32,000 bases of DNA from contig MGBH01000001.1 of NCBI GenBank assembly GCA_001790095.1, positions 480,001 through 512,000 on the forward strand, read 5' to 3'. The notes below the pieces were generated by a model, which did no database searches, was not told the origin of the DNA, and worked only from the letters and a program-made list of their open reading frames with translations. Position numbers and translations under genes: made by a program. This DNA comes from Candidatus Saccharimonadota bacterium. GTDB lineage: Bacteria > Patescibacteriota > Microgenomatia > UBA1406 > GWC2-37-13. Numbering within the stretch: position 1 is the first letter of the stretch; the number at the start of each line of letters is the position of its first letter. Shown one piece after another: positions 1 through 5,760 of the stretch.

Positions 1-433
1 CATCTTTACCAGGTACCCAAATATCATCTTTTTTCATACCTGCTTTAATATCCAATAGTTTCTTTCTATATTCTCCTAAATCAACTGTCGGTTTTTCTGC
101 TAATGTGGCCTTTATTTGCCAAGTTTCTTTTTCTTTTGCCTTAACAAGATCTATTTTAGGGGAAACAATAGGTTTTAAGCCTTCTTTCTTTATAATTTCC
201 TCATAAATACGGGGTAGCAATGTACGAATAAGTTGAGAATATACCTGATCTTTGGGAATGTGTTTTTGAGCAATTTGGCTTGGAACTTTTCCTTTACGAA
301 ACCCTTCGAAGCTAAATTCAGCAAGGATAAGATCAAATGCGGTTTTATATTCCTTTTCAATTTCATCCCACGATATCTCAATGATTATTTCAAATGTGTT
401 GGAGGGAAGTTTTTTGACTGTATGTTTTATCAT
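1..433 (-). CDS. tig: Trigger factor, N-terminal part (gene continues beyond the left edge)
   Basis: Own translation of the minus strand from ATG 433..431 gives MIKHTVKKLPSNTFEIIIEISWDEIEKEYKTAFDLILAEFSFEGFRKGKVPSQIAQKHIPKDQVYSQLIRTLLPRIYEEIIKKEGLKPIVSPKIDLVKAKEKETWQIKATLAEKPTVDLGEY..., open to position 1. The GFRKGKVP motif is typical of the trigger-factor ribosome-binding domain. It is absent from the ORF track because no stop lies in the window. Confidence 0.8.
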   Translation of the reverse strand, partial: MIKHTVKKLPSNTFEIIIEISWDEIEKEYKTAFDLILAEFSFEGFRKGKVPSQIAQKHIPKDQVYSQLIRTLLPRIYEEIIKKEGLKPIVSPKIDLVKAKEKETWQIKATLAEKPTVDLGEYRKKLLDIKAGMKKDDIWVPGKD

Positions 434-451
434 TCAATAATGTAAATTGGT

Positions 452-457
452 ATTATA
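452..457 (-). promoter_or_regulatory. Candidate -10 box (TATAAT on the minus strand) for tig
   Basis: Plus-strand attata 452-457 reads TATAAT on the minus strand, 18 nt upstream of the tig ATG (433). No clear -35 was found. Confidence 0.3.
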
Positions 458-464
458 CCTCGAA

Positions 465-481
465 GTCCCGCTTAGCGGGAC
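465..481 (-). other. Short GC-rich hairpin between the hydrolase gene and tig (possible weak terminator or processing site)
   Basis: GTCCCG (465-470), loop CTTAG, CGGGAC (476-481) form a perfect 6-bp GC-rich stem in an AT-rich spacer. It is flanked by direct CGAAG repeats. No U-tract follows on either strand. Confidence 0.3.
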
Positions 482-490
482 GAAGTGGCA

Positions 491-1054
491 TTATAATTCT
501 ACTGTATTGCCGTTCAAAAGCAATAGGTTTTTTTCTTCTTTTTTAAACTGTTCAATAAAGTAAGACACTTTTGAAGACCATGTATTACCCTCACAATAAA
601 TGTTTCCAATCTGTTCCACTGTAGTTGCCCCCTTATCAACATAATTTTCACGCAAACCTTTTCCAACAGTTAAAATCGCTCTATCATAACCGTCAAACTC
701 GATAAGGCCACGACCCCATCCGAACGGATTGTTTGTACCAGTCTTGATAAATTTGGCAAATGTAGATTCAACTCCTGATATAGCAGGCAATAAATAACAG
801 TCAAGGTTATACAACTGGCAAGCTTGAATAAAAGCATCTACATGATCAATGAGAGGAGTTTGAAATTTTGATAAATAGTTTTTTATCGCTCGCTTTTTTA
901 TAAAATAGGTCTGATCGTTTGTGAACGATGCGCCATCAGATTCTGTATAATACATATTTGCAGAGTTACCAGCCACCAAATCAGCACTTACTGGCTGTGT
1001 AAAGATAAGCAAAAGTATTGTCAGTAAAAGTCCTACAAAGTGTTTTATGTGCAT
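491..1054 (-). CDS. Secreted lysozyme-like / glucosaminidase-like peptidoglycan hydrolase (putative)
   Basis: 187-aa ORF with an N-terminal signal peptide (MHIKHFVGLLLTILLLIFTQPVSA|DL). The segment ISGVESTFAKF...NNPFGWG resembles the catalytic Glu plus NNxFG signature of GH73/lysozyme-like hydrolases. AGGA lies 7 nt upstream of the ATG. Confidence 0.6.
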   Translation of the reverse strand: MHIKHFVGLLLTILLLIFTQPVSADLVAGNSANMYYTESDGASFTNDQTYFIKKRAIKNYLSKFQTPLIDHVDAFIQACQLYNLDCYLLPAISGVESTFAKFIKTGTNNPFGWGRGLIEFDGYDRAILTVGKGLRENYVDKGATTVEQIGNIYCEGNTWSSKVSYFIEQFKKEEKNLLLLNGNTVEL

Positions 1055-1099
1055 AAAAAAATCCTAAAGCTTCTCTAGCAGGTAGAGGAACCTTAGGAT
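1055..1099 (-). promoter_or_regulatory. 5' UTR element: long hairpin followed by U7 immediately before the start codon (terminator-shaped, sequesters AGGA)
   Basis: The minus strand reads A-TCCTAAGGTTCCTCT-ACCTGCT-AGAGAAGCTTTAGGA-T, then TTTTTT, then ATG. The stem is about 15-16 bp with one mismatch and two G-U pairs. The only SD-like AGGA lies in its 3' arm. Confidence 0.55.
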
Positions 1100-1107
1100 C
1101 TTTGGTT

Positions 1108-1136
1108 ATTATAACACACTTAACAAATAAAGTCAA
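1108..1136 (-). promoter_or_regulatory. Sigma70-type promoter for the hydrolase gene (TTGACT - 17 nt - extended -10 TGTTATAAT)
   Basis: Read on the minus strand, the -35 TTGACT is plus 1136..1131 and the -10 TATAAT is plus 1113..1108, preceded by TGT (1116..1114). The spacer is 17 nt. The predicted TSS near 1100-1101 falls at the foot of the 5' UTR hairpin. Confidence 0.55.
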
Positions 1137-1148
1137 ATATCTTATAAT
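1120..1148 (+). promoter_or_regulatory. Candidate promoter for mtaB (TTAACA - 17 nt - TATAAT)
   Basis: TTAACA at 1120-1125, a 17-nt spacer, then TATAAT at 1143-1148. A second TATAAT at 1162-1167 lies only 4 nt before the ATG at 1172. Confidence 0.35.
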
Positions 1149-1171
1149 TATATGAAATCTATATAATCAAT

Positions 1172-2503
1172 ATGTATAAACAAATTCGATTTACCAGTTT
1201 TAGCTTTGGCTGTCGAGTTAATGAAGCAGAACGCATTGAAATGAACAGGGAGATGATTGCGGCGGGATTTATATTAGATCACAAGCGACCAGATCTTTTT
1301 ATTATTAATAGTTGTGCTGTTACAAACAAAGCGGAAAGGGAGGTCAGACAGCTTATCATGAAGCTAAAAAGAGATAATCCGAACCTAAGATTGGTTGTAA
1401 CTGGATGTGCAGCAACGTACTGGAGAAAAAACAAACTTTGGAAAAATATACCCATAGATCTTATTATAAGTAATAATCAGAAAACTTCCTTGATTTCTCA
1501 GATTAAGGAATATCATATAAGTAACCCATCAAACCTGGCTGTTTTCCAACCTAGACAGTCGAACAGCGATCAGTTACAGCAAGATAAATTCATATTGTCA
1601 GGCAGAGTTATGATAAAAATACAAGACGGTTGTCACAGATTTTGCAGTTACTGTATAGTTCCACACCTACGCGGCAAACCAAAATCAAGAAAAATATATG
1701 AAATTATACAAAGGGTCAGGGAAAATCAGCAAGGAAATCATATTAATGAAATTATATATACCGCCATTAATACCGAAGCTTTTGGAAAAGATACCGGTGA
1801 GTCTTTACTTCAGCTTATTAAGACATCGATACATCAAATAAAAGTACCCCGAATAAGTTTTGGTTCCATCCATCCATGGAGTATCACCAAAGAGTTTCTC
1901 GACTATTACCGAGTCAATATTGCTAGAAAAAGACTGAGTGATTTTTTTCATGTTCCAATCCAGTCGGGTTCAAATAAAATTCTCAAATATATGAATCGCG
2001 GATATTGTATTGAAGATATTGAAGAACGGCTTAATGAGATCCAAGAGATTAATCCTTTTGCGCTTATTGCAACTGATGTAATCGTTGGTTTTCCTGGTGA
2101 AACAGATACAGAGTTTCAAAATACTTATGAAGCTTTAAAATACTTACCTATAAGCAAGTTTCATATTTTTCGGTTCTCCCCACGTCGTGGCACAGCTGCA
2201 GATCTTTTACGCAAACAGCTTGGTGAACCAACATCTCAGGAAAAGCAAGACAGAGCAAGAATCCTCACGCAGTTGGGAAAGAAAAAATACCAAGAATTTT
2301 TGACTGAGCAAATTGGATCAACAAATACAGGATTATTTATCGGTAACAATAAAGATGCATTACAACAGGCATTGATGCACAATCAAATACCCGTAACCAT
2401 AAAAACAAACGAAGATTTAAATGGGAGAATGATGCAAATAAAAATACTTGAGAAAAAGAATGAAAGACTTTTTGGTGTTATTTGTGGACCTGACAGGACT
2501 TGA
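1172..2503 (+). CDS. mtaB: Radical-SAM methylthiotransferase, MtaB-like (tRNA ms2t6A37 type)
   Basis: 443 aa. The N-terminal MTTase domain has three Cys (FGCRVNEAE, NSCAV, TGCAA). The radical-SAM motif is CHRFCSYC. The C-terminal part is TRAM-like. FGC(K/R)VN.(Y/A)E is the MtaB-type rather than the MiaB or RimO N-terminus. Confidence 0.8.
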   Translation: MYKQIRFTSFSFGCRVNEAERIEMNREMIAAGFILDHKRPDLFIINSCAVTNKAEREVRQLIMKLKRDNPNLRLVVTGCAATYWRKNKLWKNIPIDLIISNNQKTSLISQIKEYHISNPSNLAVFQPRQSNSDQLQQDKFILSGRVMIKIQDGCHRFCSYCIVPHLRGKPKSRKIYEIIQRVRENQQGNHINEIIYTAINTEAFGKDTGESLLQLIKTSIHQIKVPRISFGSIHPWSITKEFLDYYRVNIARKRLSDFFHVPIQSGSNKILKYMNRGYCIEDIEERLNEIQEINPFALIATDVIVGFPGETDTEFQNTYEALKYLPISKFHIFRFSPRRGTAADLLRKQLGEPTSQEKQDRARILTQLGKKKYQEFLTEQIGSTNTGLFIGNNKDALQQALMHNQIPVTIKTNEDLNGRMMQIKILEKKNERLFGVICGPDRT

Positions 2504-2558
2504 ACCTGTGACCTTTTCAATGTCAATGAAACGCTCTAGCCAACTGAGCTACAGGTCC
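2485..2558 (-). tRNA. tRNA-Val (anticodon GAC), no encoded CCA
   Basis: The reverse complement GGACCTG-TA-GCTC-AGTTGGCTA-GAGC-G-TTTCA-TTGACAT-TGAAA-AGGTC-ACAGG-TTCAAGT-CCTGT-CAGGTCC-A folds as a canonical cloverleaf. Confidence 0.9.
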
Positions 2559-2564
2559 AGTGTG

Positions 2565-2638
2565 CGCGACCAAAGGGACTCGGACCCTCAACCTCTTCCG
2601 TGACAGGGAAGCGCTCTAGCCAATTGAGCTATGATCGC
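2565..2638 (-). tRNA. tRNA-Asp (anticodon GUC), no encoded CCA
   Basis: The reverse complement GCGATCA-TA-GCTC-AATTGGCTA-GAGC-G-CTTCC-CTGTCAC-GGAAG-AGGTT-GAGGG-TCCGAGT-CCCTT-TGGTCGC-G folds as a cloverleaf. The acceptor stem has one G-U pair. The T-loop reads TCCGAGT instead of TTCGAGT. Confidence 0.85.
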
Positions 2639-2651
2639 AGTCAAGAATAAT

Positions 2652-2657
2652 ATTATA
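2652..2657 (-). promoter_or_regulatory. Candidate -10 (TATAAT on the minus strand) for the tRNA-Asp/tRNA-Val unit
   Basis: Plus-strand attata 2652-2657 reads TATAAT on the minus strand, 13 nt upstream of the tRNA-Asp 5' end (2638). Confidence 0.35.
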
Positions 2658-2683
2658 CACAAATTATTCTAATTTGATATAAT
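2654..2683 (+). promoter_or_regulatory. Promoter of the thrS leader (TATACA - 15 nt - TGA - TATAAT, extended -10)
   Basis: The extended -10 TGATATAAT is at 2675-2683. A -35-like TATACA is at 2654-2659, 18 nt upstream of the -10 hexamer. The ATG at 2690 is the 7th nucleotide after the -10 hexamer, the predicted +1. Confidence 0.5.
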
Positions 2684-2689
2684 TATTTT

Positions 2690-2737
2690 ATGAGATTTTT
2701 CCTTGTAATGAAAACCACAACTACTATCTCCTGTTAA
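2690..2737 (+). CDS. Leader peptide MRFFLVMKTTTTISC with four consecutive Thr codons (attenuation leader for thrS)
   Basis: ATG AGA TTT TTC CTT GTA ATG AAA ACC ACA ACT ACT ATC TCC TGT TAA. The Thr codons are at 2714-2725. The stop at 2735-2737 lies 1 nt before antiterminator segment 2. It is too short to appear in the ORF track. Confidence 0.5.
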   Translation: MRFFLVMKTTTTISC

Positions 2738-2796
2738 GGAGGGTTTTTGTGTGTAGTTTACAAACCCTCCGAAAGGAGGGATTTTTTGTAACTACA
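2727..2796 (+). promoter_or_regulatory. Transcription attenuator: alternative 1:2, 2:3 (antiterminator) and 3:4 (terminator) pairings
   Basis: Segment 1 is TCTCC 2727-2731, segment 2 is GGAGGGTTT 2738-2746, segment 3 is AAACCCTCC 2762-2770 and segment 4 is GGAGGG 2775-2780. Pairing 2:3 is a perfect 9 bp. Pairing 3:4 is a 6-bp GC stem with a GAAA loop. Segments 2 and 4 lie in a direct repeat AAGGAGGG(T/A)TTTTTGT. Outer arms TGTAGT.TACAAA (2752-2764) and TTTGTA.ACTACA (2785-2796) can extend the terminator stem. Confidence 0.55.
2765..2787 (+). terminator. Intrinsic terminator (CCCTCC-GAAA-GGAGGG followed by A+T6) inside the thrS leader
   Basis: Perfect 6-bp G+C-rich stem, GNRA tetraloop, T-tract at 2782-2787. 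No upstream plus-strand gene needs this terminator, because the preceding genes are minus-strand tRNAs. Confidence 0.6.
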
Positions 2797-2842
2797 TTTT
2801 TAAAAAGTTCCATTTATAATTAAACTAAACTAAAAACAACTT

Positions 2843-4579
2843 ATGGAAAACCAACACCTAGAACCAATGCGACACTCATGCGAACATGTTTTACACCAAG
2901 CGATGACAGATTTATACCCTGGGCTAAAACGTGCGATGGGTCCTCCAACTGAAGATGGATTTTATTTTGATTTTGATTATGACGGAAAAATCTCTGAAGA
3001 AGATTTTCCAAAGATAGAAAAACGTATGAGAGAGCTTGTAAATAAGGATCTTCCGATCGTTAAAAAAGATATAACGCTACTGGAAGCAAAGGATTTATTT
3101 AAAGATAATCCATATAAGCTTGATTGGGTCTCAAAGATTGAACAAGAAGATGGAAGGGCAACGGTCTATTGGACGGGAAATCCTCAGGAAAAAGGATCTG
3201 ACGTAGATCTATGTAAAGGACCACACGTTGCCTCTACGGGCAAAATTGGGCCTTTCAAACTGCTTTCTGTAGCAGGCGCCTACTGGCATGGAGATGAAAA
3301 AAACAAAATGCTTACTCGGATTTACGGTACTTGTTTTCCAACAAAAGAGGAATTGGATGGATATCTAAAAATGATTGAAGAGGCAAAGAAAAGAGATCAT
3401 CGTAAACTCGGAAGGGAACTTGAACTATTTACTATGAACAATGAGGTTGGGCAAGGTATCACTGTTTGGCTACCAAATGGTTCTATAATACGGCGAGAAA
3501 TAGAAGATTACATGGTTACCGAGCAAATAAAGCTTGGTTTTAAGCATGTCTATAGTCCACACATTGGACAAAAATCATTATGGGAAAAAAGTGGGCATTG
3601 GGACTTATATCGGGAAAAGATGTACTCCCCCATGGATGTGGACGGGGTTGAGTACTTAGTCAAACCCATGACTTGTCCTATGCATATTCAATCATTTGAA
3701 TTCAGACCAAAGTCATATCGAGATTTACCCTACCGGATAGCAGAAATTGGATCAGTATACCGCTACGAACAGTCAGGCGAGCTTGCTGGACTTCTTCGGG
3801 TAAGAGCTTTTACTCAAGATGATGCGCATATTTTTTGTACTCAAGATCAGGCAGTTGATGAATTTTTATCTGTTTTTAATTTCATTAATAAACTGTATAA
3901 AATGTTTGGTTTTAAAGACTACCGAATACGTCTTGGTATCAGATCTAAAAAAGAAAAATATTTAGGTGAAGATGAGCTTTGGAACAAAGCTCAAGAAAAG
4001 GCTATTGAGGCTTTGAAAAAAAGTGGATCAGATTATTTTATTTCCGAGGGAGATGCAGCTTTTTACGGTCCTAAAGCTGACTTTCTTATTAAGGATGCCT
4101 TGGGTCGTGAATGGCAATGTGGCACTGTACAGATTGATTTTATGTTACCCGAACGATTCGGTTTAAAATATGTCGATCATGATGGAAAAGAGAAAGTGCC
4201 CGTTATGATCCACCGAGCGCCTCTTGGATCGCTTGAACGTTTTTTAGCCATCTTGATTGAACACTACGCGGGTGCATTTCCTCTATGGCTTGCTCCCGTA
4301 CAAGCAATCGTACTGCCTATCTCTGACAAACACAACGAATATGGGAAAAAGATAGTAGATGAATTAATAAGATCTGGTATAAGAACAGGTTTTGATCAAG
4401 AACCAGAACGAATAGGTAAAAAGATTAGAATTGCGACCTTGCAAAAAATACCCTATATGATTATAATTGGCGATAAGGAAGTAAATGAAGGATCTGTGTC
4501 GGTAAGGACTAGGGAAGGAAAAGATATCGGAACCACAAAAATTACAGAATTTATTCAAACACTAAAAAACAACCATTGA
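2843..4579 (+). CDS. thrS: Threonyl-tRNA synthetase (editing plus catalytic plus anticodon-binding domains; no N-terminal TGS domain)
   Basis: 578 aa. The editing-site motifs are HSCEHVLHQA and DLCKGPH. Also present are RDHRKLGRELELF and the class II motifs FRPKSYRDLP and RVRAFTQDDAHIF. An in-frame TAA at 2831-2833 excludes any N-terminal extension. Confidence 0.95.
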   Translation: MENQHLEPMRHSCEHVLHQAMTDLYPGLKRAMGPPTEDGFYFDFDYDGKISEEDFPKIEKRMRELVNKDLPIVKKDITLLEAKDLFKDNPYKLDWVSKIEQEDGRATVYWTGNPQEKGSDVDLCKGPHVASTGKIGPFKLLSVAGAYWHGDEKNKMLTRIYGTCFPTKEELDGYLKMIEEAKKRDHRKLGRELELFTMNNEVGQGITVWLPNGSIIRREIEDYMVTEQIKLGFKHVYSPHIGQKSLWEKSGHWDLYREKMYSPMDVDGVEYLVKPMTCPMHIQSFEFRPKSYRDLPYRIAEIGSVYRYEQSGELAGLLRVRAFTQDDAHIFCTQDQAVDEFLSVFNFINKLYKMFGFKDYRIRLGIRSKKEKYLGEDELWNKAQEKAIEALKKSGSDYFISEGDAAFYGPKADFLIKDALGREWQCGTVQIDFMLPERFGLKYVDHDGKEKVPVMIHRAPLGSLERFLAILIEHYAGAFPLWLAPVQAIVLPISDKHNEYGKKIVDELIRSGIRTGFDQEPERIGKKIRIATLQKIPYMIIIGDKEVNEGSVSVRTREGKDIGTTKITEFIQTLKNNH

Positions 4580-5109
4580 GAAATACCTATCATAGAAGTC
4601 CTCAACGTAAGTATTGGACGGTCAACTTCCGTATTACCGCTCCTCAACTGCGAGTCATTGATCATGAGGGTAAACAAGTAGGAGTCTTGAGTAAAGACGA
4701 CGCCTTAAGGATTGCACAGGAAAAAGAAATGGATTTGGTTCTTATTGCTGAAAGAGCACAACCGCCTGTTGCAAAAATTATAGATTTTAAGAAGTTTTTG
4801 TACCAAGAAGAAAAAAAACTAAAGGAAGCACGTAAAGGAATAAAAAGAAGTGTAGTAAAAGACGTCAAGTTATCTCTTTTTATCGGACCGGCTGATCTGG
4901 AAAGATTAGTCAATAAGTCAAAGGAATTTCTTAGCAAAGGTAGCCAAGTAAGAATAAATCTAACTTTAAAAGGAAGAGAGATGGGAAAAAGAGATATGGC
5001 TTTTGATCTTATCAAAAAATATCTTACTTCACTTGGTGAAATAAATATATCGAAGGAACCAAGGCTTGAGGGAAGAGTTATTCGTGCTGTTGTTGCCAGA
5101 AAGAAATGA
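4576..5109 (+). CDS. infC: Translation initiation factor IF-3 (non-AUG start; TTG 4576 or ATT 4549)
   Basis: VNFRITAPQLRVIDHEGKQVGVLS...PPVAKIIDFKKFLYQEEKK matches the IF-3 N-domain and linker. The first in-frame ATG is at about codon 52, inside the conserved domain. TTG 4576 overlaps the thrS stop (TTGA). Confidence 0.88.
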   Translation: MRNTYHRSPQRKYWTVNFRITAPQLRVIDHEGKQVGVLSKDDALRIAQEKEMDLVLIAERAQPPVAKIIDFKKFLYQEEKKLKEARKGIKRSVVKDVKLSLFIGPADLERLVNKSKEFLSKGSQVRINLTLKGREMGKRDMAFDLIKKYLTSLGEINISKEPRLEGRVIRAVVARKK

Positions 5110-5167
5110 TTTAATAATCAGCGCTTTACAGATTAATCCAAATAAGATATAATTGAGTTTTCATACT

Positions 5168-5368
5168 ATGAAAGTCAAACAAAAAACACATAAAGGCGCC
5201 TCAAAACGGTTTAAAATTACCAAAAAAGGAAAAATCCTTCATCGATCACAAAAGATTAGACATTTAAGAACTGTCAAGGGAAAAAGGAATATAAGGCGTT
5301 TAAAAACAATGAAGCAGATAAAAGGGACATTTGAAAAAAAAATGAAAAAGATGCTGGGAATTAGATAG
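5168..5368 (+). CDS. rpmI: Ribosomal protein L35
   Basis: MKVKQKTHKGASKRFKITKKGKILHRSQ... is the typical L35 N-terminus. The ORF-track start (TTG 5153) adds 5 non-conserved residues, so ATG 5168 is preferred. TATAAT at 5148-5153 lies upstream. Confidence 0.9.
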   Translation: MKVKQKTHKGASKRFKITKKGKILHRSQKIRHLRTVKGKRNIRRLKTMKQIKGTFEKKMKKMLGIR

Positions 5369-5395
5369 AGTTTACTAATTAGGAAATAATTTTAT

Positions 5396-5740
5396 ATGGT
5401 TAGAGTCAAGGGAGGAGTACATACAAGACGAAAACACAAAAAAGTATTGAAGATGGCGAAAGGTTTTTGGATGACTCGTCATAAACAGTTTAAAAAGGCA
5501 AAAGAAGCAGTGCTCCATGCTGGCCAATATGCTTATGATGGCCGCAAGCTGAAAAAAAGAAATTTTAAGACATTGTGGATCGTTAGATTGAACGCAGCTG
5601 TACGAACACTAGGACTAAACTATAATCAATTTATCCATAAACTTACAGAGAAGAACATAGTTCTCGATAGAAAAGTACTATCTCAAATAGCTGTCGAATA
5701 CCCCTCCGTTTTCTCAAAAATCATTGAGAAAATTAAATAA
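5396..5740 (+). CDS. rplT: Ribosomal protein L20
   Basis: MVRVKGGVHTRRKHKKVLKMAKGFWMTRHKQFKKAKEAV... matches L20. AGGAAA lies about 10 nt upstream. Confidence 0.95.
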   Translation: MVRVKGGVHTRRKHKKVLKMAKGFWMTRHKQFKKAKEAVLHAGQYAYDGRKLKKRNFKTLWIVRLNAAVRTLGLNYNQFIHKLTEKNIVLDRKVLSQIAVEYPSVFSKIIEKIK

Positions 5741-5745
5741 TCAAC

Positions 5746-5754
5746 TGCTATAAT
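5746..5754 (+). promoter_or_regulatory. Extended -10 (TGCTATAAT) 6 nt before the pheS ATG
   Basis: TGCTATAAT 5746-5754, then AATTAG, then ATG 5761. It sits in the 20-nt rplT-pheS spacer, which has no SD. Confidence 0.4.
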
Positions 5755-5760
5755 AATTAG

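Noticed and set aside
1061-1099. Known small riboswitch (for example preQ1-I) in the hydrolase 5' UTR
   Set aside because: There is no A-rich tail or conserved loop nucleotides of preQ1-type aptamers. The element is a simple long hairpin with no obvious ligand pocket.
2814-2819. TATAAT 23 nt upstream of the thrS ATG as the real thrS promoter
   Set aside because: It cannot be excluded, but it has no TG extension, no -35, and the wrong spacing for the leaderless pattern seen elsewhere. Such hexamers are expected by chance in DNA this AT-rich. It is kept as the main alternative that would refute the attenuator model.
2749-2823. 24-codon GTG-initiated ORF following the SD-like AAGGAGGG at 2736-2743
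   Set aside because: The GGAGGG blocks are better explained as the competing arms of the attenuator helices. The ORF runs straight through the terminator and shows no protein-like features.
2640-2842. T-box riboswitch upstream of thrS (the usual Firmicute mechanism)
   Set aside because: The leader is too short. I could not find the conserved T-box sequence (AGGGTGGNACCGCG-like) or a stem I / specifier architecture. The Thr codons sit in a translatable ORF, which fits leader-peptide attenuation better.
5153-5167. N-terminal extensions proposed by the ORF track: rpmI from TTG 5153; also PBP from 11442, rpmF from 13644, pilN from 16438, minor pilin from 18116
   Set aside because: The extensions add non-conserved residues, overlap upstream genes, or cover promoter-like sequence. 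Internal ATGs give canonical N-termini (L35 MKVKQKTHKG, L32 MAPLPKRK, prepilin leaders) and better signals.
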